A DNA stretch of 39,942 nt from Candidatus Poseidoniaceae archaeon (GCA_022424925.1 JAKMGM010000113.1:1-39942), one strand, 5' to 3'; positions 8,853 to 17,690 are shown, counted from the stretch's first letter. Notes: generated by a model from the letters alone, not told the origin. Program-made: numbers and translations.

Positions 8853-9715
8853 GAGGCGCACGTTGGCTCACCGACAGTTTGCGAGATAAACAGCCGTTTG
8901 ACAAGTCCTTAGGGCAGCATTTTCTCGTCAGTGATGAATGCATTGCACGGGCTGTTGAACTTGGTAATGTTTCCAAACACGATCATGTTCTAGAAATTGG
9001 ACCGGGACCCGGCGTTCTTACCGAGGTGTTGCTGTCAACCGGCTGCACACTCACCGCCATTGAAATCGATGGCGGTGCTGTCGAGCATCTTTTAGGCGCA
9101 TTCGCTCCAGAAATTGAGACAGAGCAGTTTCATCTTATCGAAGGCGATGCGTTGCAGGTGCGTTGGCCTGAAAACATCACCAAGATTGTTGCCAATATTC
9201 CGTATCAAATTTCGTCGCCCCTCATTGATGTGTTAACTCGCTATCATCGCAATCCTCGTACATCTGCATTAGAGCAGATTGTTCTACTTGTCCAAGAAGA
9301 ATTTGCTGAACGGCTGGTTATGGAATACGAAAGCGATGTGGGGTCACTGGGAATGACCGTTTGTCTTGATTGGGAATGCGAAATCGAAGATAAGGTTCCA
9401 CCGCATTACTTCAGCCCAATGCCTAAAGTCAATTCCTGTTATGTTACCATGGAGCCGCACGGTGAAGAATGGCCGTGCGATGTCCGTTTGGTTCGTCAAA
9501 TGATTCATTTGGCGTTTGATCAACGAAGGAAGAAACTCCGTTCGACTTTGAAATCTGTTCCGCGACGAATTGGTCGGGTCAATGGTTGGCATGCTGGGCG
9601 TTGGAAGCAGGCCTATGCCTCGCATCTTGATGACGAGCGAATGGAGATGCGGCCCGAAGAACTCGAAATAGAGGATTGGATTGAACTGTGTGAATCGTTC
9701 ACTCGCGTTGCCTAA
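8849..9715 (+). CDS. ksgA: 16S rRNA adenine dimethyltransferase KsgA/RsmA/Dim1
   Basis: KSLGQHFL, VLEIGPGPGVLT, VANIPYQISSP and FDQRRKKLR. ATGA overlap with DUF655. Confidence 0.95.
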   Translation: MRGARWLTDSLRDKQPFDKSLGQHFLVSDECIARAVELGNVSKHDHVLEIGPGPGVLTEVLLSTGCTLTAIEIDGGAVEHLLGAFAPEIETEQFHLIEGDALQVRWPENITKIVANIPYQISSPLIDVLTRYHRNPRTSALEQIVLLVQEEFAERLVMEYESDVGSLGMTVCLDWECEIEDKVPPHYFSPMPKVNSCYVTMEPHGEEWPCDVRLVRQMIHLAFDQRRKKLRSTLKSVPRRIGRVNGWHAGRWKQAYASHLDDERMEMRPEELEIEDWIELCESFTRVA

Positions 9716-9758
9716 ATCGTAGTTCATAAGGTGTCAATGCGTAGTCTATTCCTACACT

Positions 9759-9795
9759 GCGAGAGGAGAGCCTTTTCTTAGGAGGGTCTCCTCGC
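9759..9795 (+). promoter_or_regulatory. Hairpin in 5' leader of the 363-aa gene
   Basis: GCGAG..GAGA.CCTTTT / GGAGGG-TCTC-CTCGC inverted repeat, between a TTCATAAG box (9723) and SD GGAGGGG. Confidence 0.45.
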
Positions 9796-9818
9796 CTAGA
9801 ACCGACGGAGGGGACGCT

Positions 9819-10910
9819 ATGGCCAAGAAAGACACCTATCTTGCTTTACTACGCCGAGGAATCGATGAAACAACTGCTCAGCAGTTGGCCGATTCAGGGC
9901 TCAAAATTGGCGACCTTAAGAAAATCGACAAAGACATGTTGATTGAAAATTATGGTCTTAAAGCCGATATCGCAGACGGTGTTATTTCGATTATCACCGC
10001 CGGTCCTCAAAGTCACGGTAAAGAACGCTATCTTTCGAAAGTCTTGGCTCCTGAGAAGAAGCAGGAATCAAAGATTGAAGAAATTAAGTTCCAACGCAAG
10101 CAAAAAGACGTTCTCACTGAACTTGCTGAACAGAAAGAGCGTTTGAAAATTGCTAAAGTGGAATCGTTCCGAGCCAAGAAACTCATCATGAATCGTCTTG
10201 GAAAAACGGTTGAACTCATTGTCAAATTAGAGAACAACCTTCACGATGAGGGTAAAGACGACCAGAAAGTCAAGATTCGGGACCAACTGGAAACCCGTGG
10301 ACTCGAAGCCGCAAGAGATCACGAAATGCTTGAGCTTGAGGGCACACCTCAAGACATCGTTGACTTCCGTCGCAACCACGTTCCTGCCCTCATTTTCCAC
10401 GCCTGCCCAGAATGTGGTGATGAGATGGACCCTCGACAAGCCCGAGACCAAGACCGACCGCAAGAATGGGCTTTCATGTGCTGGGAGTGCGAGACGAGTT
10501 TTTCGCCTGGACTTGCTAACCTTGTGGAGACTCGACTTTCAAACGGTTCTCGAATCATCATTGACCCAGATAAGCGACCTCGTAACCCGGTGCCACCGAA
10601 ACCGGCATCGATGGACCTCACCAGTATGAACGAGTTAATCCGCAAAGATTTGGAGGTCACAGGTGCAACTGCTGATGAGATGACCAAGGCTGTTGAAGAA
10701 GGTGGACTGACGGGCGGTCTAATGGACATCAACGATTGGATTGACCAAAAAATTGACGCCAAAAATTACATTCAGGCACAAGAAGATCGCGAGGATTTCA
10801 TCCTACGCACCGGTGCAGGTGCAACGAAATTCAACAAATGGATGAAGAAGGCCGGACTTTACTTCAACAAGCAAACTGGTCGCTGGACGCGTCACAAGGA
10901 CATGCGCTGA
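9819..10910 (+). CDS. Conserved-looking hypothetical nucleic-acid-binding protein (HhH, coiled coil, Zn ribbon, basic C-terminal domain)
   Basis: Strong SD. N-terminal GIDETTAQQLADSG is HhH-like. CPECG...CWEC Zn ribbon. Confidence 0.75.
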   Translation: MAKKDTYLALLRRGIDETTAQQLADSGLKIGDLKKIDKDMLIENYGLKADIADGVISIITAGPQSHGKERYLSKVLAPEKKQESKIEEIKFQRKQKDVLTELAEQKERLKIAKVESFRAKKLIMNRLGKTVELIVKLENNLHDEGKDDQKVKIRDQLETRGLEAARDHEMLELEGTPQDIVDFRRNHVPALIFHACPECGDEMDPRQARDQDRPQEWAFMCWECETSFSPGLANLVETRLSNGSRIIIDPDKRPRNPVPPKPASMDLTSMNELIRKDLEVTGATADEMTKAVEEGGLTGGLMDINDWIDQKIDAKNYIQAQEDREDFILRTGAGATKFNKWMKKAGLYFNKQTGRWTRHKDMR

Positions 10911-10919
10911 GGTATTCTC

Positions 10920-11258
10920 ATGTCCGCCAATGCGGTTACCGCCGATGAGACACCGACTTCTGTTTCAACACGGCCAGTTGTACGTTTTTTACAAGGTGCA
11001 AATCTGTTAGGCCAAACGCCATTTATTGCAGGTAACACCCTTGTCGAACATGCAGAAGACGCTGGCGTACGTATCCCAACAAATTGCACTTCAGGAACCT
11101 GCGGGACATGTATGGTGACCCTCATCTACGGGGATGTCCCTCTTCCAGACATACTCCCCCCAGGTCTCGATGACTATCTGGTTGAGGAGTGTGCACGGCT
11201 CGGCTGTATCGGTGTTCCGACTGGAGATGTTGATGTCGATATTCGTCCACCGTTGTAA
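10920..11258 (+). CDS. 2Fe-2S ferredoxin
   Basis: CTSGTCGTC...RLGC (CX4CX2C...C). Confidence 0.9.
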   Translation: MSANAVTADETPTSVSTRPVVRFLQGANLLGQTPFIAGNTLVEHAEDAGVRIPTNCTSGTCGTCMVTLIYGDVPLPDILPPGLDDYLVEECARLGCIGVPTGDVDVDIRPPL

Positions 11259-11269
11259 GAGGGAAACAC

Positions 11270-11461
11270 ATGGATATCAACCCGTTTTCGAGTACGATGC
11301 TGATCATCGTTGTCGATCTGCTCGGTCTGTACATCATCATTCGTTTTCTTGCTTGGAAAGTACGGCACAAGTTGGAAGAGGTTGAACAACGTCAACAATT
11401 TTCAAATTATCAGAAAAAAAAGGCTCGTTCAAACAGAACTTCGACGACAGAATCCGAGTGA
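11270..11461 (+). CDS. Small single-pass membrane protein
   Basis: GAGGG SD, one TM helix followed by a charged tail, and operonic spacing. Confidence 0.6.
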   Translation: MDINPFSSTMLIIVVDLLGLYIIIRFLAWKVRHKLEEVEQRQQFSNYQKKKARSNRTSTTESE

Positions 11462-11546
11462 ATGACCAGTCGATTGTCTGAGCAGCATGAACACGCTCGT
11501 AGTGAAAGCGCGAGTGTTCAAGAACTGTGGGCATCTGTTTCGCCTT

Positions 11547-12812
11547 ATGACCGGTAATGGGCACGTCACAACCGGTGCCACACCGATTGGGCAATTCGTG
11601 CAACTGGTCAAACGAACTGTTGCTCATGACCCCTTGTTCACAAATCAGGCGTTGAAAGGCGAGGTTACGCAGTGGAAACAATACGCCAGTGGTCATACCT
11701 ACTTTTCGTTACGTGATGAAGATGGCCAAATGAGCGCCGTAATTTGGAAAGGAAAATGCTTCATTGACCCGAACATCAAGGAAGGAACCGAGGTCGTTGT
11801 TCTTGCAACACTCGACGTTTATGTGAAACGTGGCAATATCCAACTGGTTGTCCAACGAATCGAACCGGTGAATCTTCTCGGCGAACTTGAGAAAACCAAA
11901 CGTAAACTGTTAGAATCGCTGAGACGGGAAGGAGAACTTGACCGCCAACGCCACCCAGTCCCTTTCGTTCCACAACACATTGCCATAGTGACGGGTGCAG
12001 GTTCAGCCGCACTTGCTGACATGCATCGTTTGATTGAAAATCGATGGCCTGGATTGCGGCGAACGGTGATTGGTGTCCTGGTTCAGGGGCAGCGTGCACC
12101 AGAAGAAATTGTTCGAGCCTTAGCCGTAACACGAATGCTTGCCGACCCAAACATTGCGGAACAGCGTGGTCAGCCACCTGTTGATTTGGTGATTGTCGGA
12201 CGAGGCGGAGGTGCGCCTGAGGATTTGTGGGCCTTCAATTTGGAGCCAGTTGCTCGTGCCATTCTCGCCAGTCCAGTACCGGTCGTTTCCGCAGTTGGTC
12301 ATGAATCCGATGTCCTGGTTTCTGATTTGGTGGCAGATGTGCGAGCGTCAACGCCTTCTGATGCGATTGAACGTGTCGTTCCGTCGCTCAATGAACTGCA
12401 ATTTTTCCTGGATGAATTGGAAGAACGAATGACGGTTGCTTCACGGCGCCAACTCACGGATTGTCAACAAAGACTGGCAGTGCTTCAATCGCGTTTGCGC
12501 GTCGCACCGCTTGCAGGTATAAACCGAGCCAGAACCGAACTGATGTCGCTTGGCTCTCGGATGGAACGCTCAGCGCGTCAATTGTTTAACATTCAGTCCA
12601 CTCGATTAGCGCGTTATGAATCATCGCTGGCTGCTGTACACCCGCAGCGTGTCTTAGAAAGGGGTTACTCGATGACTCAAGACGCAAAAGGAACTGTATT
12701 AACCAGTATAGAAGGACTTCAAACCGGGCAAGACATTTTCCTGCACTTTGCAGATGGAACTGCTGATGCTACCGTTGTAAAAACCAAACAAATGAGGCGA
12801 AACGATGACTAA
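11547..12812 (+). CDS. xseA: Exodeoxyribonuclease VII large subunit
   Basis: OB fold (GEV..SGHTYFSLRDE), AALAD, VGRGGG..EDLWAFN, SAVGHESD and RASTPS. ATG 11547 has TTCAAG 30 nt upstream. Confidence 0.95.
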   Translation: MTGNGHVTTGATPIGQFVQLVKRTVAHDPLFTNQALKGEVTQWKQYASGHTYFSLRDEDGQMSAVIWKGKCFIDPNIKEGTEVVVLATLDVYVKRGNIQLVVQRIEPVNLLGELEKTKRKLLESLRREGELDRQRHPVPFVPQHIAIVTGAGSAALADMHRLIENRWPGLRRTVIGVLVQGQRAPEEIVRALAVTRMLADPNIAEQRGQPPVDLVIVGRGGGAPEDLWAFNLEPVARAILASPVPVVSAVGHESDVLVSDLVADVRASTPSDAIERVVPSLNELQFFLDELEERMTVASRRQLTDCQQRLAVLQSRLRVAPLAGINRARTELMSLGSRMERSARQLFNIQSTRLARYESSLAAVHPQRVLERGYSMTQDAKGTVLTSIEGLQTGQDIFLHFADGTADATVVKTKQMRRNDD

Positions 12813-13029
12813 AGAACAACCAACCTACACCCAAGCAGTACTGCGACTTGAAACCATAGTGTCTACCCTTGAACGAGGGGGAATGGGTCTTGATGAAACT
12901 TTGAAATTGTATGAAGAGGGTGCTGCCCTGCTCACGATATGCAAAGCGGAATTATCAACAGCAGAAGGAAAATTGAATGAACTTCAACTCAATACGATTG
13001 AAGCAGCACTTGAATCGGATGCTCAATAA
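12805..13029 (+). CDS. xseB: Exodeoxyribonuclease VII small subunit
   Basis: YTQAVLRLETIVSTLERG..LDETLKLYEEG..L..C..L..AE. Overlaps the xseA stop. Confidence 0.93.
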   Translation: MTKEQPTYTQAVLRLETIVSTLERGGMGLDETLKLYEEGAALLTICKAELSTAEGKLNELQLNTIEAALESDAQ

Positions 13030-13057
13030 ATACTGCAAAAAGAGCCGAGGTGAGACG

Positions 13058-13360
13058 ATGAAACCGAAAAAAATCCAAGCGATTCAGAGACGCTTATCAC
13101 GTGTTCTTGGGGCATGGAAAGACCCACACACCGAAGTCGCTCTTTCGGATTCAAATCAAATCCAGGGTATTGAAGTCACCGAAGAGGGCCAAATCAATCT
13201 CGCCATCGTCCCTGAACGCCCTCACTGCCCGTGCTGCTTGTTCGATTTACGCGATTTGCGCCAAACGATTGCTGGAATAAAGGATGTTTCTTCTGTGGAA
13301 TTACTCATCACTGGCGTACCGGCTGCTGAGCGATGGACCCGAGTTCTTAATCCAGAGTAA
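13058..13360 (+). CDS. DUF59/MIP18-like Fe-S cluster assembly protein
   Basis: DPHTEVAL...IQGIEV...PERPHCPCC...IAGIKDVSSVEL. GAGGTGA SD before ATG 13058. Confidence 0.7.
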   Translation: MKPKKIQAIQRRLSRVLGAWKDPHTEVALSDSNQIQGIEVTEEGQINLAIVPERPHCPCCLFDLRDLRQTIAGIKDVSSVELLITGVPAAERWTRVLNPE

Positions 13361-14171
13361 TTCGAGATTTGAGCACCATATAGGCCGGTAAAGACCAGCC
13401 GAACACAGCTCCAAGCCAAGCAACGGCTGACCCAATATAGATGCCCCATTCTGGCAAAGAATACATGGCAATGATGGCGTAGATTGCCACGCTCACGCCA
13501 CCAAGAGCCATCGGTCCGGCTGCCCCACGAGGCACTGTGGGGCCTTGAGCAAGCCAAAGTGCGACCATACTGGTCAGAAAGATGGCAGGAAAAACGGCGG
13601 CTAAGCCCGCAATGAACGGCTGTCCTTGAGAAGAGAGCCAAACCGCTGCGCCGATTGCTCCAGCGGCAGCACTGCCTCGAAGAACCAATACAGATTTGGC
13701 TACCGGTTCACTGCCTTTGGGAGTTTCGCGAATGTTCCAATTCATCCGAACAGCAAGCGCAATGATGAACATGAGCCCTACCGAGGCAATACCCCATGGC
13801 GAGAAGCCGTAGTCAAGCGCGTATTCAACGCCAAAGAACATCAGCATTCCAAACACAAGCCATGTTGCCAGTGAGCACACGGTTGTCGAAAGAAGCGGTC
13901 TTTTCACCGTCTCAAGTTGAGGGGGAAGATAGATCCATACCGCAAGGAATATTCCGTTGACCAACATTCCTAAAGGCATGATTGCGAGGCTTTGTCTGAA
14001 AAGTACCTCATCCCCTGCAAGGTAGATTCCAGCGGCAGCAGGAAGTATGGTTGAAGGCATTGTACCAAGGATTCCTCCTGCCAGCCCGCCCCAGCGTTCG
14101 ATAGCAAGCGTAACCAATACCGCTATGCAACCGGCTAAAACGGCGGAAACAAGCACTGAAGATGCAATCAT
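13347..14171 (-). CDS. Integral membrane protein, internally duplicated (DUF3147-like)
   Basis: About 8 TM helices. Repeated halves GGILGTMPSTI and AGLAAVFPAIF. Confidence 0.7.
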   Translation of the reverse strand: MIASSVLVSAVLAGCIAVLVTLAIERWGGLAGGILGTMPSTILPAAAGIYLAGDEVLFRQSLAIMPLGMLVNGIFLAVWIYLPPQLETVKRPLLSTTVCSLATWLVFGMLMFFGVEYALDYGFSPWGIASVGLMFIIALAVRMNWNIRETPKGSEPVAKSVLVLRGSAAAGAIGAAVWLSSQGQPFIAGLAAVFPAIFLTSMVALWLAQGPTVPRGAAGPMALGGVSVAIYAIIAMYSLPEWGIYIGSAVAWLGAVFGWSLPAYMVLKSRITLD

Positions 14172-14189
14172 AACAGTGCCTCAAAGGGT

Positions 14190-14981
14190 TCAAGCGAACG
14201 GGTCAATGTTGACAATCTGGTCAACATCAATGCGTTTGTACCCGCGCTCACGCGCATTTTCAGCCGCTTTTGAGAGCATTGCTCTCATCCAGCCCAACGA
14301 CATCAGTGTTTGCATTTTGCTTAGCGATTCGATGAAATGAACCGGGTTTCCACCGAACTGTGTATTGCTGCGGATATCTGATTCCATTTGCTCGACAACC
14401 ATGTAATATGTTTCAATCAATTCTTCGACAGCGTCTTTGGTTACCGGCATCTTCGCATGGGTTTTTGCCAGCGCTAAAAGAGATGACTCGGTGAGAATTC
14501 CACCGCCTTGGCTGATGACGAACTCTTCGGTCTGTCCCGCTTCAGGTATCGTTTCGTCTTCATCCGAATCGCTACCAAGTCCCATGCCGGCAACGGCAAT
14601 CTCAAGGTGACGTGGCTTGATTGTCGCAACTCGGTCTTTCTCCGCAGCGATTTCCGCATGATAAACGATTTTCGACAGATAGGTCTCAACTTGTGCTATA
14701 CCTGCTTGGACAGCAGCAGAACCTACCGATTCGACATCAGCAATTTCATCAATCATCAGTTCTCGTGTACGGTTGTAGTTTAGGCGAGTTCGGTACGGGT
14801 CGTCAAGGGTTTTACGCTCCGGGTCTTGTGCTAGTGTAGCTGCTTCCATCTCTGGAACGAAGCGGCGTATTTCGGCACATACCAGTTCCACGAGTTGCTC
14901 TTTAACAGCGCCAGCGAGCCTCATCTCAGTGAAGTTTGAGGCAACTGCTCCAATGTGACCGGTCGAGTAAGGCTTTGCCAT
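14190..14981 (-). CDS. Multi-histone-fold protein (three folds)
   Basis: L1/L2-like motifs MRLAG..ERKTLD, SVGSAA..DRVATIKPRHL and MPVTKDA..RGYKRIDVDQI. Confidence 0.75.
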   Translation of the reverse strand: MAKPYSTGHIGAVASNFTEMRLAGAVKEQLVELVCAEIRRFVPEMEAATLAQDPERKTLDDPYRTRLNYNRTRELMIDEIADVESVGSAAVQAGIAQVETYLSKIVYHAEIAAEKDRVATIKPRHLEIAVAGMGLGSDSDEDETIPEAGQTEEFVISQGGGILTESSLLALAKTHAKMPVTKDAVEELIETYYMVVEQMESDIRSNTQFGGNPVHFIESLSKMQTLMSLGWMRAMLSKAAENARERGYKRIDVDQIVNIDPFA

Positions 14982-15032
14982 ACTCGTGCCACATCGCAGA
15001 CGAAACTTGAAGGCTATGGTCGTTCTTTTTGC

Positions 15033-15296
15033 CTATTCGACCATGCCATCGTCGCGACCCATCGCCTGGGAAATCTCCCACGCATGCAAACATTCGTGGC
15101 CACCGAGGAATCCACCAGCTTCTCGACTCGGTCCAATAAATTCAGATGAGCAAAATTGACAGAAAACGCTCACGATGGGTTCGTTGTAATAGGTACCGTT
15201 CGGCGTTTTTCGTACTGGAATACGCTTGCCGACATCTTCGTGGGTCCATCCCTCGGTCTTCTCACAGATTTCGCCGTCTTTGTGTTCTTGTTCCAT
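15033..15296 (-). CDS. Small C2H2-type zinc-binding protein
   Basis: CQFC-x17-HECLH. The ATG is 2 nt past the peptidase stop. Confidence 0.7.
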   Translation of the reverse strand: MEQEHKDGEICEKTEGWTHEDVGKRIPVRKTPNGTYYNEPIVSVFCQFCSSEFIGPSREAGGFLGGHECLHAWEISQAMGRDDGMVE

Positions 15297-15298
15297 GA

Positions 15299-16621
15299 TT
15301 ACCACTCCGTTAACCAAGGCCATGCGCCACCAGCAGAGACCGGGCGCATACCCTCATCATCTCGAATCCACGTATCTTCACTACCAATACTACCCGTCGC
15401 ATAGACTGCTTTAGGTTCAATAGCCATCGCACCTCCAACAGGTAAAGGTCGGTCAAAACCTGCAGCCACAACGGGTGACTCGTCGAGTTGGAGGCCTACT
15501 GAATGGCCGAGAAATCGGCTCTGGTCGGGTGCCATGCCCATCAAATTGTCTTTGTATCCCAGTTCAACAGCCAAACCATACGCCTCATTCCAAGCCTGCT
15601 CGCACGTTTCACCACGGTCAAGAACATCGACGACAGTATCTTTTACGGCCACCATATCTTCAAGACGCTGATGCCATTGTTCAGAAAGTGAACCTGCGAC
15701 AAACATCCGCGTCATGTCAACAATGTATCCTCGATGGGCGTGCACAAGGTCGACGAGAACGGGTTCATTTGCCCGAATACGGTGGAAGCCAGAACCCATA
15801 CCGGCCAGAGGGTGAGCACCTGTTCCACCGACGGCTGAATCAAAAAACGACGGTATACCTCCAGCGCGGCCGGTGACGATGACGCCTCGGTCGCACTGAA
15901 GCGGAAATCGGCGCATCTGTACAGCGCCTCCGAATCCTTCAGAGCGGCTGACCGCTTCGGCTGCCGCTACCAATTCTAATTCAGTAATACCCTTACCGCC
16001 AACTGCCTCAACCGCTTCAAACATTCGAAGTTGGACTTCTGCAGCCGCATCCATTTGTTCGATTTCCCAACGGGATTTGATTTCTCTTTGACGATGAACG
16101 AGGGCAGTGACATCCGGGCAGACACCTAAGGAACTGAAAATGCTTACAAAACGTTGAGCGAAAGTGGCTGGAATTTCGCCAAACTGGAGCCCAGGGGCGG
16201 ATGTAACGCCTCGTTGGGTAAGAACCTCAACCAGCTGATTTGAGCGAGGAAAGGGCACAATGTCGTGCGGTGCATTAGAGCCGCCACCCTCAAACAGGGC
16301 GCGTTGAAGTGAGCGTCGCACGAACAACACTGAGCGCTTATCTTCAGCCGCTGCCGATGGAATATACATCGATGCATTTTGTCTGCCACCTGCGTAATAA
16401 TAGAGATCGACGGGGTGCTGGATGAAAGCACCAATCAAACCTGCTTCAGCGAGTAATTCGCCAAGCCGGTGCTGACGAGCAGCTAATTCTGAAGCAGGAA
16501 CCCTCCAGTCTTCGCCATCGGGGCCAACAAGGTCAGCCTCATCCCATCCAGTCATTGTTGAATGCTGCAGGCGGCCGTTCAAAACGGCATCGCTCAAACT
16601 TCGATTTCGGGAGGCATCCAT
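15299..16621 (-). CDS. M24 family Xaa-Pro peptidase
   Basis: Metal ligands VLVD, GYIVDMTR, GHSVG, AIEP and GSED, plus a creatinase-like N-domain (DLYYYAG). Confidence 0.9.
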   Translation of the reverse strand: MDASRNRSLSDAVLNGRLQHSTMTGWDEADLVGPDGEDWRVPASELAARQHRLGELLAEAGLIGAFIQHPVDLYYYAGGRQNASMYIPSAAAEDKRSVLFVRRSLQRALFEGGGSNAPHDIVPFPRSNQLVEVLTQRGVTSAPGLQFGEIPATFAQRFVSIFSSLGVCPDVTALVHRQREIKSRWEIEQMDAAAEVQLRMFEAVEAVGGKGITELELVAAAEAVSRSEGFGGAVQMRRFPLQCDRGVIVTGRAGGIPSFFDSAVGGTGAHPLAGMGSGFHRIRANEPVLVDLVHAHRGYIVDMTRMFVAGSLSEQWHQRLEDMVAVKDTVVDVLDRGETCEQAWNEAYGLAVELGYKDNLMGMAPDQSRFLGHSVGLQLDESPVVAAGFDRPLPVGGAMAIEPKAVYATGSIGSEDTWIRDDEGMRPVSAGGAWPWLTEW

Positions 16622-17550
16622 GCTTCAATTGTGTCAATGCGGTTTTGAGCGATTTCACAGTACGCCTCGGAAAGGTCGACGCCAACAAAGGTACGGCCAG
16701 TCATTTTCGCTGCAACGCATGTAGAGCCTGAGCCATTAAACGGGTCGAGTACGACATCTCCGGCAAATGAATACATCTCAATGCACCGTTTAGGCAATTC
16801 GACAGGGAACGGTGCTGGATGATTTACTCTTGAGGCTCGCTCTGTAGCGAACGACCATATTGACTTGGTATGTTGAATAAAGTCATCTCTCGGAATGGTG
16901 TCAATTCGACCCTCACTTCGCTCAGCCTTTTCTCGATTCAATTTGTAATTCCCCTTCGAAAACACGAGAAGATATTCATGAACATCGCGCAAGCAGGGGT
17001 TACTCGCCGATTGGAACGACCCCCACGCACATGACGACCCAGCACTTGCTGATTTATCCCAAATGATTTCACCTCGCATGAGGAAACCCAATTGATTCAT
17101 CATGATGTTGATGTGGCTCGAGAGCGGAATGTACGGCTTGCGGCCCAAGTTCGCCACATTGACAACCATTCGCCCACCAGGTGCTAACACGCGATAACAT
17201 TCAGCAAACACGTCGTACAGCATCTCGAGGTATTCACTGAGCGAGAGGTCTTCATCGTAGGCTTTACTGGCATTGTAAGGTGGTGATGTGACAACGAGTT
17301 GGACGCAGTTATCGGGAAGTGGCAGGTGACGAGAATCGCCTTGAATCACTGTGTTTGCTAGCGGTTCGGGAAACGCTTGTGCTGCACCGACGTCTCTGCT
17401 CGATACGATGCCGTCGTACATGCGACTTCCGTAGTACACCGAAGCGTCATGCCCTTCGCGTTTGGAGACACCAAATGAAGAGGTGCTGGTTTTGGCTCTT
17501 CGACGAGGCCCACTGAGGGTTTCATCCTCTTTGGGTGTCTTCTGCGCCAT
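16594..17550 (-). CDS. Beta-class amino DNA methyltransferase (SPPY, probably m4C), orphan
   Basis: LVVTSPPY (motif IV) precedes HPAPFP and VLDPFNGSGST (motif I). Confidence 0.92.
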   Translation of the reverse strand: MAQKTPKEDETLSGPRRRAKTSTSSFGVSKREGHDASVYYGSRMYDGIVSSRDVGAAQAFPEPLANTVIQGDSRHLPLPDNCVQLVVTSPPYNASKAYDEDLSLSEYLEMLYDVFAECYRVLAPGGRMVVNVANLGRKPYIPLSSHINIMMNQLGFLMRGEIIWDKSASAGSSCAWGSFQSASNPCLRDVHEYLLVFSKGNYKLNREKAERSEGRIDTIPRDDFIQHTKSIWSFATERASRVNHPAPFPVELPKRCIEMYSFAGDVVLDPFNGSGSTCVAAKMTGRTFVGVDLSEAYCEIAQNRIDTIEAWMPPEIEV

Positions 17551-17690
17551 CTGTTGTGAGCGGTCTTAGCGGCTATATCACCTTTCGCGCCGTTCGTAGG
17601 TCGCAGGCGCGCGGTTGTGAGGCTAACACATCTTGCCAGCCGCTTCCTCGACCCGCTGCAATCAAAAACCGAGAGTGCTTGGAAGGAGCA

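Noticed and set aside
16594-17550. Restriction-modification or other defence island
   Set aside because: The neighbours are pgk and a peptidase. No nuclease or specificity subunit is recognisable.
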